Notes under the pieces: model-generated | What the model was told of the DNA's origin: nothing | Database searches by the model: none | The model's input: the letters and a program-made list of their open reading frames with translations, nothing else | Shown: piece by piece, positions 1 to 13,280 of the stretch | Numbering within the stretch: the first letter of the stretch is position 1 | Layout of the letters: each line of letters starts with the position of its first letter | Made by a program: the position numbers and the translations under genes | From: Selaginella moellendorffii | Taxonomy: Eukaryota > Plantae > Lycopodiophyta | DNA: 64,000 bases | Reading direction: 5' to 3' | Assembly (NCBI RefSeq): GCF_000143415.4 | Contig: NW_003314352.1 | Coordinates: forward strand, 488,278 to 552,277

Positions 1-778
1 CTCGATGCTGATGAGCTTGTAAATCATCACTCCGTCCTTCGGCATCTGGCGGACGATGTTAATCTTCCTGGAGAGCGGGCTAGCGAGAGCCAGCATGATC
101 AAGTCGGCGTCGCGTCCAACCACGCAGTGGAAGTCGTGGGCGTTGAACGCCAGAGCTCGTATGTGGTTGAAGATCTTGAGCTCGCCCTCCCCGTCCTCCT
201 CGGACGTGGAAACGATCCACTGGAGCCTCGAGCTAGTCATTGATCGCCTCCGGCGATGATCATATGAACTTGACAGCATCATCCGGCGGCTTGCCACAAA
301 TCGTTCGCAGTTCACTCTCCAGCCCGTTCATGAAAGGCGTTCCATGGTGGAGCATTGCCATCTTGGCCTTTCGATTGCTTGGGATGAGATCACCTGTCTG
401 ACCTTTGGTGGAATCGAGTTCATCCTCCGAGGAGGACAAGGAGGAGGGAGAAGCATCGCGATTGTTGTGACACGGCTTCTTGAAGAGCTTGCTGAAGAGC
501 TTGGGGATGAGAGGCCTTCCATCCAGGGCTAGGAAGACGAGCTTGGTCGGAGCCACCATGGTGACGAGCTTGTGGAGCGAGTCGAGGAACTCTTGGTAAA
601 AGGTGGCGAAAGTAGCCGGGCAATCGTCGCTCTCAGGACGCAGATGACAGCGTTGAGGTCGACATACAAGTTGGTGGTGTCGTAGCAAAGAAGATTGTTC
701 TTGGCACCATCAATCGCGTCCCTCACGCAACGAGGATGCTTGGATACGAGCCAAGCTAAAAACCCAGGAACTCCCATG
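1..778 (-). pseudogene. Intronless XRN-family 5'-3' exoribonuclease-like gene, copy 1 (frameshifted; runs off window start)
   Basis: MGVPGFLAWLVSKHP, NLYVDLNAVI, PESDDCPATF, PTKLVFLALDG, HGTPFM, GEGELKIF and GRDADLIMLALA match XRN conserved region 1. Frameshifts near 640 and 280-300. Confidence 0.85.
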
Positions 779-929
779 ATCGATTGGTCTTGCTTGATCC
801 CTTTTGGAGAGGGTGGAAAGTGATAAACCCTCACAAGCATTTTCGCTGTTATATAGTCGTGTGGGAAAAGGTAATTAGTTATAAATGTGGTTAGATAAAT
901 ACTTTAGCTAGTAAAGTTTGTTAAATATA

Positions 930-2226
930 TTACTTATCTGCTTCATTAGGTTTTGAGCATACGTAGACAAAGGTCATTCCTTTGTCACCCCCAAAATCTT
1001 CCAAGCCGAGAGACCAGTTGCGCTCGTCAATGGGCAGTGAATCTGGAGTTACTCCCTCAATAGTTTCCATTACGGCTTTCTCAGTGCCGGGCTTGGCTGA
1101 GAAGAAAATACACAGAGAGTGAGCTTATCCCGTTTAGAGCTCAAAACATACCCAAGGCGTATAGAAGGATGGACCATTTCAATCCTGGTTCCAGCAACGC
1201 CGGCATTCGTATTTCAGGGTGGCCGTATGTGATCTGCAGTGAGAATGGTTATAGATCAGGAACTATAGAAGTTTTCTTTCTTCTTACCAGCATAAACACT
1301 CCTTGTGGTCTCAAAATCCTGCAAGAGAGAGAGCATGAACTAAATCAGTAGTAGTACACACAAAACCTGTAAGTCTCTCTTAGCATTTCTAGAACGCCTT
1401 CGGCCGGATCAACTCCACACTGAAAGAAGGAACGCAAATTGCATTAGACAAGGATATTCTTGGTGACACAAACACTTACTAGCATGGCGTCGGCCAGGCC
1501 TGAAAAACAAAGAGAAAGAAAATGTAAGAGGAGACTCTGGAGAGTAAACTATAACTTTGTTACCTTTGTCAATGATCGCGTCAAAGGAACAGTCTTGAAA
1601 CGCACTCATGTCCCGTGAATCTATTGCCACGTCTTAAGTTTCGTCAAGGAAGATATGGCTGGTGCAAAGAAGTAACATCACCAAGCCCAAGGATACAAGA
1701 TAGCTGAGGAACGTGAGCATATCTAGCTTTGAAGTTGTCAATCACCACCGAAGATAGATCGGTGTTGACGATTTCCTGGTAGCCATCTTCCACCATATCG
1801 TTAGACATTGCTGTTTTACATCACTGGAATTAGTATTCTTTTCTATGGCATCGCTCACTGAGATCTTGGTACCTGAATTGCCACACCCAGCCATCAAAAC
1901 CCGGGAAGATTTGGGGATGTGCTTACGGACAATCGGCTCGAATCTGGAGTAATCCGAGAACCAATCGAGCGTAGCATCGGGTTGCTCCGCGTAGCGCTTG
2001 TCCCAGTAGGATATCTCGCCATAGCCGCCGGGCTCTGGCGCTGAAGGAGCAAGGAAGAAGGCGGGGTAGCTACAAGCTCCAAATATTTCGAGAATTTCTT
2101 ACCAGGGAATTTCACCGCCGAGAATGGAGGCACCGAGGAGCTGATCTTCGCAAAGCACCGGACATGGATTCGCGATCGCACCCTCGCCTCGACGCTGCCG
2201 CAGTAAGCAATGCGCGCCGAGAGCAT
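930..2226 (-). CDS. Class I SAM-dependent methyltransferase, EEF1AKMT4/METTL13-N-like (multi-exon; possible N-terminal transit peptide)
   Basis: Spliced translation MLSARIAY...YGEISYWDKRY...FSDY...RVLMAGCGNS...FDAIIDKG...LRPQGVFML|ITYGHP...TFVYVCSKPNEADK*. GT-AG introns throughout. Confidence 0.85.
1633..1696 (-). other. U12-type (minor spliceosome) GT-AG intron
   Basis: 5' splice site GTATCCTT; branch point TTCCTTGAC ~10 nt before the AG; no polypyrimidine tract; splicing restores ...PQLSY|VAIDSRDM in frame. Confidence 0.85.
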
Positions 2227-2289
2227 TTGGCTCAAACCCTAGATAAACCCCTTTGATATACCAGAACCTTTGCCAGATTAGGGTTCTTG

Positions 2290-3320
2290 CGCTCCGACGA
2301 TGAGGTTCATTGGCACGAAATGGTTCCGATCGATTCCTCCAGTGCGATGGGCTTTTCCGAGATCTCGGTCCAGATGAATCCGTGTAGCAGGCTGGCGAGG
2401 AGGAAGACGAGGCGCATGGCGAGGCCATAACCGGCTCACATCCTCCTCCGGCGGAGAATGGGATGATCTGGAAGTGCCCCCGGGCGAGATGTTGGAGGAA
2501 TCGCCGGGGCTGGAATTCGTGGGGCTTGTCCAGTGCTTTGGATCGTTCGCCGCCCAGAGATTGCATTTGGCGGGGATTGTGGTGGCATGGCCATCGCCGA
2601 GCTCCACGGGGAGGATGTTGTTTCCAGCGGCACCGCCTGGTGGGAATGGAAGGTTTTGAGATCGTGTTTGTGGACTTCGGACATGTACCACTCGATCGAC
2701 TTCATGGAGGTTTTGAATCCGGCACCCACCATATCCTGGAAGAAAGTTCGATGGATCGTCACATCGCAGAGAAGAGGATCGAGAAGGATGGTGATCAGGA
2801 GGCCGATGATCTCTTGGTCCGAGAGCTTGTCGCTCTCGTCCAGGGAGATGAGAACGTCCACAAAGTCGCGGCAGACAAACCCATCGCCCTCCGCCTTCTT
2901 GCGCTCCTGGTGCTCCCGGACTTGATCGTCGAGCAGCGCCTTATCATCTCGCCCCTCATCTTGGCGTAGACGCCCATGCAGTCGAACGACGGGATGAGCT
3001 CGCCAATGTTAAGGTTGATCGCCTGCCCGGCCAGGTTGTTGATCGTCGCCACCAGCTCGGGGCACTCCTTCAGGCACAGGGACCCCGACGGGTATCTGGC
3101 GAAGAGGGTCGGCAAGTTCACGGGATCGCTGCACCGGGATGGCGTCCATGGAAGAGGTTCGTGGCGCAGATCTTGCGCATGAACTTCCACTCGGGCCCCG
3201 GTCCAGAGCAAAGATCCCACCACTGGGAAGGAGATTGGACCGGGCGGGAGTCTGGACGATCTCCTTGCGAGCAGTGACTTGATGATGATCGCCGCGGTGC
3301 TAGAGTGATTCCCATGATCC
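2290..3320 (-). pseudogene. Cytochrome P450 pseudogene
   Basis: PPGPISFPVVGSL N-terminal motif, I-helix-like DMVGAGFKTS, PERF-like FQPRRFL and frameshifted heme motif FQIIPFSAG; many indels. Confidence 0.85.
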
Positions 3321-3507
3321 TGGGAGTCGAAACTTCCTAGAGCTTTTAGTGTGTTCGCCAATCAAAGCTTTCCCTCGCAGCTTTGACACTATACGAAACT
3401 TTTGACTTTGTGTGAATTTTGTGTCTCCAGTAAAAAACTGGCTCGCCCTAATTTCATTGTGGCGGGAGACCCCCACGAGCCCTAGCCGGTGTTCTTCGTG
3501 CCCCGCC

Positions 3508-6242
3508 ATGGGCGACGCGCATCAGTTCAACAACATCCTCCTCGGAGGCCGCGGTGGAGCGGTGAGTTGCCCGATCCTTGTGGTTCTTTCTCTTGTTGGT
3601 AGCGCCGCACAGGAGAGATTTCTTTGCGTTTGAGCTCGTTGCTAGGGTTTAAGTGCTCACTGATCGGTGCCGCAGAATCCCGGGCAGCTCAAGATCAGCT
3701 CCAAAGGCTTCTCGTGGCGGAAATCCGGCGGAGGCAAAGTGGTAGATGTGGCCAAGGACGATGTCAAGAGCGTGAGTTGGACGAGGGTTTCTAGGAGCTA
3801 CCAGATGAGCATTAGGCTCAAGGCCGGCTCCAATGTGAAGTTTACTGGGTTTCGCGAGCAGGTGAATCTCAAAGCTATCTGTGACCTTGCGATTGATTTC
3901 TTTTGTTTTTGTTTCTCTGTTCTTTAGGACGTTTCTAGCTTGAACACCTTCATAACCTCGAATATTGGAGTTACTCCTCAGGATAAGCCTTTGGCTGTGA
4001 GTGGACGTAACTGGGGAGAAGCTGAACTGGAAGGTGACTTCGATCGCGTGTTTGTGCTGTGCAAAACTTGTTTTTTTGTTGTCCAGGAAACACTCTATCG
4101 TTCGTCGTCGGAGGAAAGCCGGCGTTTGAGATATGCGTTGCCGATATCTCCAACACACAAGTGCAGGGAAAGAATGACGTTCAGATGGAGTTTCATGTGG
4201 ATGACACAGCCAATGAGGTAGGAATCTTCAATTAGGCGATTTTGTTTGTCAATAAGCTCTCTATATGCAGAAAGACACTTTGATGGAGATGAGTTTTCAC
4301 GTTCCAAGTACTAATACCACGTTTGTTGGTGACGAGGAACGTGTATCTGCGCAGGTGTGTTTTGAGTTGGGATTTTGCTGTCGCTGATCTAGTTTGTGCA
4401 GGTCTTTTGCGATAAGATTCTTTCGATGGCGGATGTTGGTCCAGCTGGTGGAGAAGCCGTCGCAGCATTTGAAACTGTCAATGTTCTCACTCCAAGGTAC
4501 GTATTTCACTGTTTTCTATTCTTTGATGACAGGCATTTGTGTTTACAGGGGTCGATACCTCGTGGAGCTGCACTTGTCATTCTTGCGGCTTTTCGGAGCA
4601 AGTGACTTCAAGATCCAATACACCAGTGTTGCTCGTCTCTTTGTTCTTCCAAGGGTAATTTTTCGTTCTTCCTCGTGAATACATACTGATGATTTGCCGG
4701 CAGTCTGCTCAATCTTCCACATATGTTGTGATTACACTGGACCCTCCCATCCGCAAAGGTCAGACGTTCTATCCGCACATAGTTTTTCAGGTAAACGAAA
4801 ATTTCTATGTGCCGACTGAGAGAAGTTGTACTTTTCTTATTCAGTATCCGTCTGAGGAGATAACGGAGCTTACGCCCTTGATCAGTGACGAGCTGTTAAA
4901 TACCAAGTATAAAGACAGGCTGGCACCTCAATATAAGGTAGATTTTCTACTTCCGTGCAACGCATAACATTGCTGCTTGTTTGTAGGGGCTGTCATATGA
5001 AGTTTTTGTGGAGATTCTGAGGGGACTTTCGGGCGCTGGAATCACTAAACCTGGTACCAAGTTCCGCAGTAGTCAAGAAGGCTACGCAGTTCGGGCAGCC
5101 TTGAAAGCGGAAGAAGGCCTTCTTTATCCTCTGGAGAAGAGCTTTTTCTTTTTGCCTAAGCCACCGACACTTATAGTTTATGAAGAAGTAAGTTCATCAT
5201 AGTCCCTGGATTTGGTTTAAGATTGTATATTGCAGATAGATTACGTGGAGTTTGAAAGACATGGAGCCGCAGGAACGAGCAGTATGTCATCCAAGAACTT
5301 TGATTTGATATTACGTTTAAAAACTGATCAAGAGCATCTGTTTCGTAACATCTCGCGAAACGAATATCACAGTCTTTTCAAATTTATCAGGTAAACTGGT
5401 TGGAAGATGTACTTAATTCTCCTCATTTTTTTGCAGTGAGAAGGGCTTGAAAATTTTGAACTTCCAAACACAAGGATCAAGTGCTGTTGCGGAGGCGCTT
5501 CAAGGTTCTGATGACGAAGGTGTCGATCCGCATCTTGAACGGATAAGAATAGCGCGTGCAACGGGAGACGAGGGAGATAGTGACGAAGAGGACGAAGACT
5601 TTGTCGCCGATAAGGATGATGAAGGATCTCCGACAGATGATTCCGGTGAAGAGGAAGAACCCGATGCAAGTGACAGTGGTGGGGAGCAGCAAGATGAGGT
5701 GAGGATATTTCACGTTTTCTCGAGGTGCTAATGTACTTATACAGAGACCTGTCAAAAAGGATAAGAAGAAAGTCGAAGCGTCTCAAAAGCCAGCAGCGAG
5801 CAAAAAGAAAAAGAAAGATGAAGAAGGTGACGGGGACAAGAAGAAGAAGAGACGAAAAAAGGATCCTAACGCTCCTAAAAGAGCGCTTAGTGGCTTCATG
5901 TACTTTTCACTGGCAGAGAGAGAGGTACGTGTTGTTCTTACAAATTATCCCGTCGCTTACCATCTGTGATGTGATATACAGAATCTAAAGAAAAGCACAC
6001 CAGGGATTTCTTTCAAGGATGTGGCGAAAACGCTTGGCGAGCGTTGGAAGGCGATGAGCAGTATGTTTTCTAAAGTGTTTCTCTTTTGTTTAATACTTGT
6101 AGAACTTTTTTGCGCAGAGGATGAGAAAGAGCCATTCGAATCTCAGGCTCGTGTTGACAAGGAACGGTACACCAAGCAAATGCAGGGGTACAACAAGGGT
6201 AACGCTGGTGGCTCGACTGCCGATGACGAAAGCTCCGACTGA
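3508..6242 (+). CDS. SSRP1: FACT complex subunit SSRP1 (HMG-box), multi-exon
   Basis: [58 protein letters not shown], acidic region, HMG box [16 protein letters not shown]...LGERWKAM; short GT-AG introns. Confidence 0.95.
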
Positions 6243-6302
6243 CCGATATGCCCGAGGATTATCAAGGTTTTGTATTTCTGCACCATTTTGTAGCGAGAAA
6301 GC

Positions 6303-7178
6303 TTAATTCTGTGCCGACTTAGCTGTTGTGCCGAACAGTAAATGTGGCAGGATATTTGCTAGGAAATATGAAAAGAGAAGCGCTCCAGTTGCCAAAAATC
6401 CTATCCACCAGGCTTGCTCAGGGATCCCACTGAAGAACACTCGCTCGCACACTGCCACGAGGTACTGGTCAGAACAAAACTTTCCGAAACTAAGCGAGCG
6501 ACAGTTACGGACTTATGTTATATACAATAAACTCCTGCTCCTTGAAGTTCCTCTTGGCGATTACCCCCGCGGGCTTGACCGAGACGCGAACAAAAACTTT
6601 GTGAGACCCCTGGCGAGAGGATCCTAGAGTAAGTTCTCCCACACAAGCTTTGAATCTCGCTAACCTCGTCCAGAATCAGGTGCTCGCGAGCAGGAAAAAT
6701 GATTTTTTCAACGTTGAGCAGTCGTCTAGTAGTACCGGAGGAACGGCGGCTGTGCAAGAGCGTGAGCGAGAATGCTGCTGGTACCTGGAATCACCGGAGG
6801 AAAAAACACTAGATCACGACCGAGGAGGACAGCTCCAACACTCACGGAGGCCGGGTACGAGACTTTGATCTCATAGTCGTGAGCAGGATCCAGGCCTCGG
6901 ACTTGATACACGGCGCTACCCATCGCCGCCAGGGGTAAAATCTCCCCCAGCCTCTCCCGACCAACGTCGAGCGTTCTAACATCATCGCTCCTACAGAGGA
7001 TCAAAGCCCACAGGAATCAAGAAAACCAACCCATCAAAAGCGAAAGATTTAACTGTGACGACGAGAGGAAGAAGAAGGAACAGCCGCAAAGAAGAAGCAA
7101 GAGCGTCGTCCGGGCCGTACTATTCCGTACGCGTAGAGATTCCAGTAGACATTGGAATGCCCAGGAAATTCGATCCAT
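6303..7178 (-). CDS. Conserved plant uncharacterised protein with N-terminal hydrophobic segment and C-terminal TM helix
   Basis: Spliced ORF MDRISW...LLLLLCGCSFF...YEIKVSYPAS|...RRLLNVEKIIF...VRVSVKPAGV...IVYNI|VCE...GIPEQAWWIGFLATGALLF...QN*. Confidence 0.7.
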
Positions 7179-7364
7179 CCCCCCACCTCTCTGGCCTTGT
7201 TTGTAGCTACGTGTGCTCCTTCACGGGGAGCACACAAACTGGACGAAACCCTAAAACTTAACAGCTTGTCGCCGTTATCTTTAGGTCATTTTCTTTTTAA
7301 AACAGCCATGGTCGCATTCTTATAATTTCGGCCTCAGATATATTCCACTCCTTTTTGTTTGTGA

Positions 7365-7422
7365 GGGGGAGGGAGAGAGAAGAACGAGAGAGGAAGAAAG
7401 GAGAGGGAGAGAGGAAGAGAGG
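7365..7422 (+). repeat. GA-rich purine tract in kinase promoter/5' leader
   Basis: Near-pure G/A run; typical of plant GAGA elements and leaders. Confidence 0.5.
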
Positions 7423-7957
7423 GGCCAGGATTGGAGATGGCGCGCGGCGATTCCCGGCGCCCATGGAGCTGATTGATCCGCGCGAGGAGGAAATAGTCGT
7501 GATCTGGTAGTGCTTAGGCGGAGGAGTGCCAGGTTAGGGTTTCGCCATGCGGAACCTGTGTCGCGGCCATGGGCGGTACCGGCTCTGGGGCATGGGCGTG
7601 AAGCTGCGACGGCCAGGGGCGATTGGAGGCCGGTATGTGTAGATCTGCCACCAGCTGAGCGAATTCCAGGACAGGTTTCTCTTGCTCGTCAAGATGATTG
7701 CCGGGAGAGCTCAGGAATCCAGGCGCCTCGTCAAGGCTGGGGAATTGGGATTCAAAGTCGCGATTTGACTGGGGGAATTGGAGAGAGAAAGAGAGAGACT
7801 GTAGTAGGGAAGGAGGACATCCCGGGGATGGATCCGCTGGAGCTCCTGTGCGTGAATTTGGGGCAATTGTATTGGTTCTGCTACCTGTGCTGGCCGTGGA
7901 GGATGGTGTATAAATTCTAGGGGGGAGTGGCTGGAATTGCTTGGTGGTGGCGTGGCC

Positions 7958-10900
7958 ATGGAAGACAAGAGGCAGTACCCGGCATTGGCCAGTGACTATC
8001 AGCTTCTCGAGGAGGTAGGGCAGGGAGTGAGCGCCACGGTCTATCGCGCGATGTGCATCAGCTTCAAAGAGATTGTGGCCATCAAGAGCCTCGACTTGGA
8101 GAAATGTAGTTCCAATCTGGTGAGTTTCTTGGGCGATCCTGGATGAGAGCTCTTTCTTCTCATGGCTCTCTCTTCTTCCATGCAGGATGAAATCCGGAAA
8201 GAGGCCAAGACCATGAGCCTGATAAACCATCCAAATGTCGTGAGAGCGTACTGCTCGTTCGTGGTGGAGCACAGCCTCTGGGTGGTCATGCCTTACATGG
8301 CTGGCGGCTCGTGCCTTCACATCATGAAAGCAGCGTACCCGGATGGCTTTGAGGAGGCTGTCATCGCGACGGTCTTGAAGGACACTCTTAAAGCTCTCGA
8401 GTACTTGCATCGTCACGGGCATATTCACCGTGACGTGAAGGTCTGTGTGCTCGAATGGATTAGGACGTGATCTCATATTTGATCCGGGGTCTTGTCACAG
8501 GCAGGGAATATATTGATCGATAGCAATGGCGCCATAAAACTAGGGGACTTCGGTGTTTCGGCCTGCCTTTTCGATACCGGGGATCGTCAACGATCCCGAA
8601 ATACGTTTGTGGGGACCCCTTGTTGGTGTGTTTCATGATCTAATCACTTACTATGTTGTTAAGGCCTTCCTTGTGAATGTAGGATGGCTCCAGAAGTCAT
8701 GGAGCAGATACACGGTTATGATTTTAAGTAATGGAGCTTCTTTTTTCTTCTTCTTCTTGCCGATGAGAATTTTTCTAAGCGTTGTTGTTGTCCTGCAGGG
8801 CTGATATCTGGTCCTTCGGGATCACTGCGTTGGAGTTGGCTCACGGGCATGCACCGTTTTCGAAATATCCTCCGATGAAGGTCTGAAATCTGCGGTTTTG
8901 AGCAATCTCTCACGCTGTGTCTTGCCAGGTTTTACTAATGACGCTGCAAAATGCGCCTCCTGGTCTTGATTATGAACGTGATCGACGTTTTTCTAAGGTA
9001 TGGTAGACCGAGCACTGGCGTCTGACTAGATCTTTATTTGTGAAATAGTCTTTCAAGGAGATGATTGCAATGTGCTTGGTGAAAGATCCAACTAAACGGC
9101 CTACTGCGGAGAAGCTGTTGAAGCACTCGTTTTTTAAAGGTGCAAAGTCTACTGAATATTTGGTTCGGCATGTGTTGGAAGGACTACCTCCGTTATGGGA
9201 ACGAGTGAGAACTCTCAAGGTATTAATTTTTATCAGTAGCTGATGTACTCGGTCTTCTTATGCTTGATTTCCAGATAAATGATGCTGCTCGACTTGCGCA
9301 AAAGAAAATTCCATATGGCGAGCAGGAAGAACAATCACAGGTTCGGGCCATTTCGCCGGCTCCATGATTAAGTGTTTAAAATGTTGGGCTGATGCAGAAA
9401 GAGTATAAACGAGGTGTGAGCAGCTGGAATTTTGATGTCGAGGATTTGAAGGCTCAGGCCGCGCTGGTAATTAAACTTGTTTTTAACACCTTGCTAAAGT
9501 TCGCTGGATCAGATTCAAGACGACGACGACGTGTATCCTGAAAAGAACGATGAAAATTCTTCTTTTTTCAAAGAAAGCCCCGAGATTGTTGAACTGCCTG
9601 ATCACGAACGCGCTCAATCACCACCATCCAAACCCGAAAGTGCAACCGATGTAAGCTCAGCCTTATTTCCTGTTGATTTTCTATGTTGACTAGTGTGTGT
9701 TTTCTGTTTACTCGAAAGGCTGCCGATCGTTCAACAGCTCGGGGACGGTTAATCATTCCTTCAAAGTTTAATGGGAAGCAAGGGTAAGAAGCAACGTTAT
9801 AAGTTCGCTGTCATATTTGCTCAATGTTTTATTCAGGCTAGCCGCTGGGAGAAAGGAACCCAAGCACATGTAAGTTTCTGTTTTGCGATTTTGTCCTGAA
9901 CTCTTACATGGTTATACAGTGGGCGATTCGACGTTTTCGAAGATGACCTGGAAATGGAGAGCCCTGGATGGCATGAAGGCATGAAGGTGAAGGTGGACGA
10001 AAGCGAGTCACGGAGGGAAGAGAAAGAGTCACGCAAGATCGACGAGAAAGATGACAAAGAGAGAAGGCGACTCGATGGTGAAGAACATCGGAAGTCTGCT
10101 AGCGGTCCTTTGCTACCTGATCGCGTTCTTGCGTGTTTTCGAGAAGAAAAAGAAAGGTATTGCCTTTACTTGTTTGATCTCTTTGTCTTACATGTTGAAT
10201 CAACCAGGTTGTCCGTCCGTGGTATTGATGATCTAGTGCGAACCCGCTCATCATTCAGTGGGCCTTTGCCTTGTGGATTTGCAAATGGTTCTCCAGGACC
10301 TTCAAGAGCTTCAGCAGGCATGTTTATCTTGTAATGACTGGCTTCCTTAAAAGCTTTGTCATGCATCCTAGAATGAGTGTCTGTCACAACATCTGATTCA
10401 ACATTTTGTTTCTTTCTCAGGTAGCAAAGAGGCCTCAGAGGAAAAATCAAAGGGAACGCTTGTGAAAGGCAGATTTCGGGTGACATCAGGGGATACTGGT
10501 GTTGTGGAGGTATTTTCCTACATTATTTTTGTTGGAAAATAAGTGTTTTTTAATTATAGGATCACTCCAGCAATCGGAGGATAGCAAGTATGCAGGTACA
10601 AATTTATTTCCTTATGTGTCATTGGTACAATTTCTTTATTTTTCCAGCAATTTCCAACATCATCGTCCCAACCTGTGGTCGCAAATGGAGTTGCAAGCAT
10701 TCCTGTGGCTGCTATTATGCCTCAACTCCAAACTCTTCTTCATCAAAACGCTACGCAACAGGCATGTTGATAGTTCCGAGGATTCTCTTGCTAATGTTTT
10801 TGTTTTTTTTTTTTCTGTCTCTCTTTCTTTAGGACATTTTGATGAGTCTTTTGAGTACTGTAAATCCAGGAGAGGTCCCGGCCGGTATGCAATAAACACT

Positions 10901-11361
10901 TTGATCATCCATCTTATACTTCCATGGTTTCTGTTATAGCTGCACGGATGATGTTTACAAATCAACGAAACTTCTACCGTGGTGACGATATGGTAGAACT
11001 TCTTTGCAACGTGATGCTCTTTTCTGGACTAAAATGTGTTTTTCTTTTCTAGGCCGACCCTCCTACAGAAAAAGAGCGCGAACTGCTTCAGCAACTCAAC
11101 GATTTGCAATCTAGGTTCGTAAAAAGTTCCTGGATTTCCAAACTAAAAGACGAAATTTCAGAGTGGGATTATTGGCGGAAGAATTGCAGATTGTAAAATT
11201 ACGGAATGTACAGGTAAACTATACTGTCTTCTAATTTTTCTCTATTTAATTTTTATTCTGTTTTGTCCTGTTTTCAGCTAGAACGCCAATTGAACGCTAT
11301 ATTTAATAAGGAGGAGGAGGAAAGAATACGTAGGGAGGAGGCAGCGAAGGATGATGGATAG
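7958..11361 (+). CDS. STE20/MAP4K Ser/Thr kinase, BLUS1/FRAY (OSR1/SPAK-like) subfamily, multi-exon
   Basis: [29 protein letters not shown]|AGNIL, DFG, FVGTPC|[19 protein letters not shown] motifs and C-terminal coiled coil ending ...AAKDDG*. Confidence 0.92.
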
Positions 11362-12514
11362 AGTGGAGATGCTTGTTGTGTTCCGTTTGATTGGAAAACT
11401 TCTCTGGTGGCTTAACAATGGGTGAGTTGCTATTCGACTCACGCTGGTTAGGACATCTTTCGCAGGCAAGTTTTTGTTTCTTTTGTGAGGATGTTCTAAA
11501 ATATTTTGCTCCTCTCCAGGTGAGAACCTGGTTGTGAATATTATAAACCTGTGTACAAGCGAGGCGAAAAAGATATTTGTGGAAATTTGAGTTGTCCACG
11601 AATGATAAAGAGTTCGGAGCAGGAAAGAAAGAATGTCTTCAGTTTCGCTCATTCATTTATTAGAAAAAAATTAATTCTAGTTTACGATTAATCATTGTGT
11701 GCAATCAAAAAAGAATTCAACACAACATGATTACTTGGACTCCAGACGGGACGCGGTCCAAGAGCATAACATTGATTACTTGGACTCCAGATGCGACACA
11801 GCCCAACTCCGCTGTTGGCCACAACAAGAAAAAAGAAGAGAAAGGGAGAGGATGGGGCTGGATAGTTCTTCCTTGCACAATACAGAGAGATCTTTGATTC
11901 TTGATAGGGACAGCATAAGCGTTTGACAAGAACTGCAATGCCTTCATTACTGCCAAAACCTTGGGATGTTTCACCTATAGTCAGGGATAGAATTGATTTG
12001 TTATATGATTGAGCCAAAAATATAGGCTTACTCAGATATATATATGTGCATACAAGTTTTGTGATAACAGTAATGGATTCTGGATATAGAAATCTACGGA
12101 TTTTGCCTTTGATACAAGACTCACAAGAACCAAAATCCTTAGAGATATACTTTAAATCATAAATGAAATGTTTTTACTACATATGGTTCAAGGTTGTTGT
12201 ATAAGTAACATTTTCATAAAGTATTTGTCAAAAGTGACTATATATCTATAATTAAAGTATTAGAAAATACATTTTTGGTGTTATATAAGGCATTTTTCAC
12301 AGATACTATAGAATTATTTTCAATGGGAATTTTCAAATTTCATTCACCAGATGCTTCATTTTTAAACCATTGCCAATTACAATAAATCAGTTAGTTGTTC
12401 TTATTTTATTAAACCACTCTTTTTGATAATTAAATTGAATTGAAAATTAAAGAATTAGAATAACTAGAAGAAATAGATTAAAAAACTTTATTCATTTATA
12501 AAGTTTACATTCTC

Positions 12515-12920
12515 GGCCAGAAGGGGCTGCTCGGGCCGAGGACAGCATGCCTTTCGAGCCGGGTGTGGGCGATGCTCCTGGCAGCGTGCCAGACTCAATC
12601 GACTCTCTACTGGTGCAAGGCTCTGGCGACGAAGCCTCACAACACCAAGATCTACTTCGCGGATCGGGTGTCCAGAAGGACAGGCTCAACGTCTCGGACA
12701 AGCTCAACTCGATCTAGCGTCAGGTCGGGCGGTGGACCCACGAGATCATGGCGGCTTATGCGACCAGGCTAAACATTGAGCTGATCATCGAGTGTAGGTG
12801 CAGAAGTACCACAGGCCGTGCTGCTGAGGCACGCTGCCAGTCAAGAACCTCAAGTCTGCCACCACAATATCAACGTCAGGTTGAGTTCCACCACATTTAG
12901 AAGGACATGCGTACAGTAGC
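12515..12920 (+). pseudogene. PPR E/DYW-domain gene fragment
   Basis: SMPFEP motif, then VKNLKVC and FHHI(x)KD remnants of a DYW domain; homologous to 15950-16500. Confidence 0.6.
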
Positions 12921-13248
12921 AGGAAGCCCTCTTGATTGTTTGGTCTCTCCTCCAACTCACATACTAGGAACTCTTTAGATGCAATTGAAAACTATACTTG
13001 AATATTTTTTATTTACAATTTTCTTATCAATGATATAAATTTATCTAAATATAGAGATTACTTTAACACTTTAAAATGTTAATTCTCATAATTAATGAAT
13101 TCTTTCATAAATTTAAATTTATATTGTGAGTGCTCGAGATATAGAATAGGTATATTGATTAGGCTTTAAACTATTGTTTATATACAAGAATGGATAGATT
13201 AGATTCAGTCCTAAATAGATAGTTTATATGCTATAGTATCACCTAAGA

Positions 13249-13280
13249 TTATATTTATATATATATATATATATATATAT
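13249..13280. repeat. (TA)n microsatellite in AT-rich intergenic DNA
   Basis: Direct reading. Confidence 0.9.

Noticed and set aside
7514-8476. 320 aa antisense ORF
   Set aside because: Shadow of GC-rich kinase exons and leader; no recognisable motifs.
11690-12017. Possible kinase fragment (GFGSNEGIAVLVKRL) and a 19 bp direct repeat
   Set aside because: Too short and degenerate to support a call.
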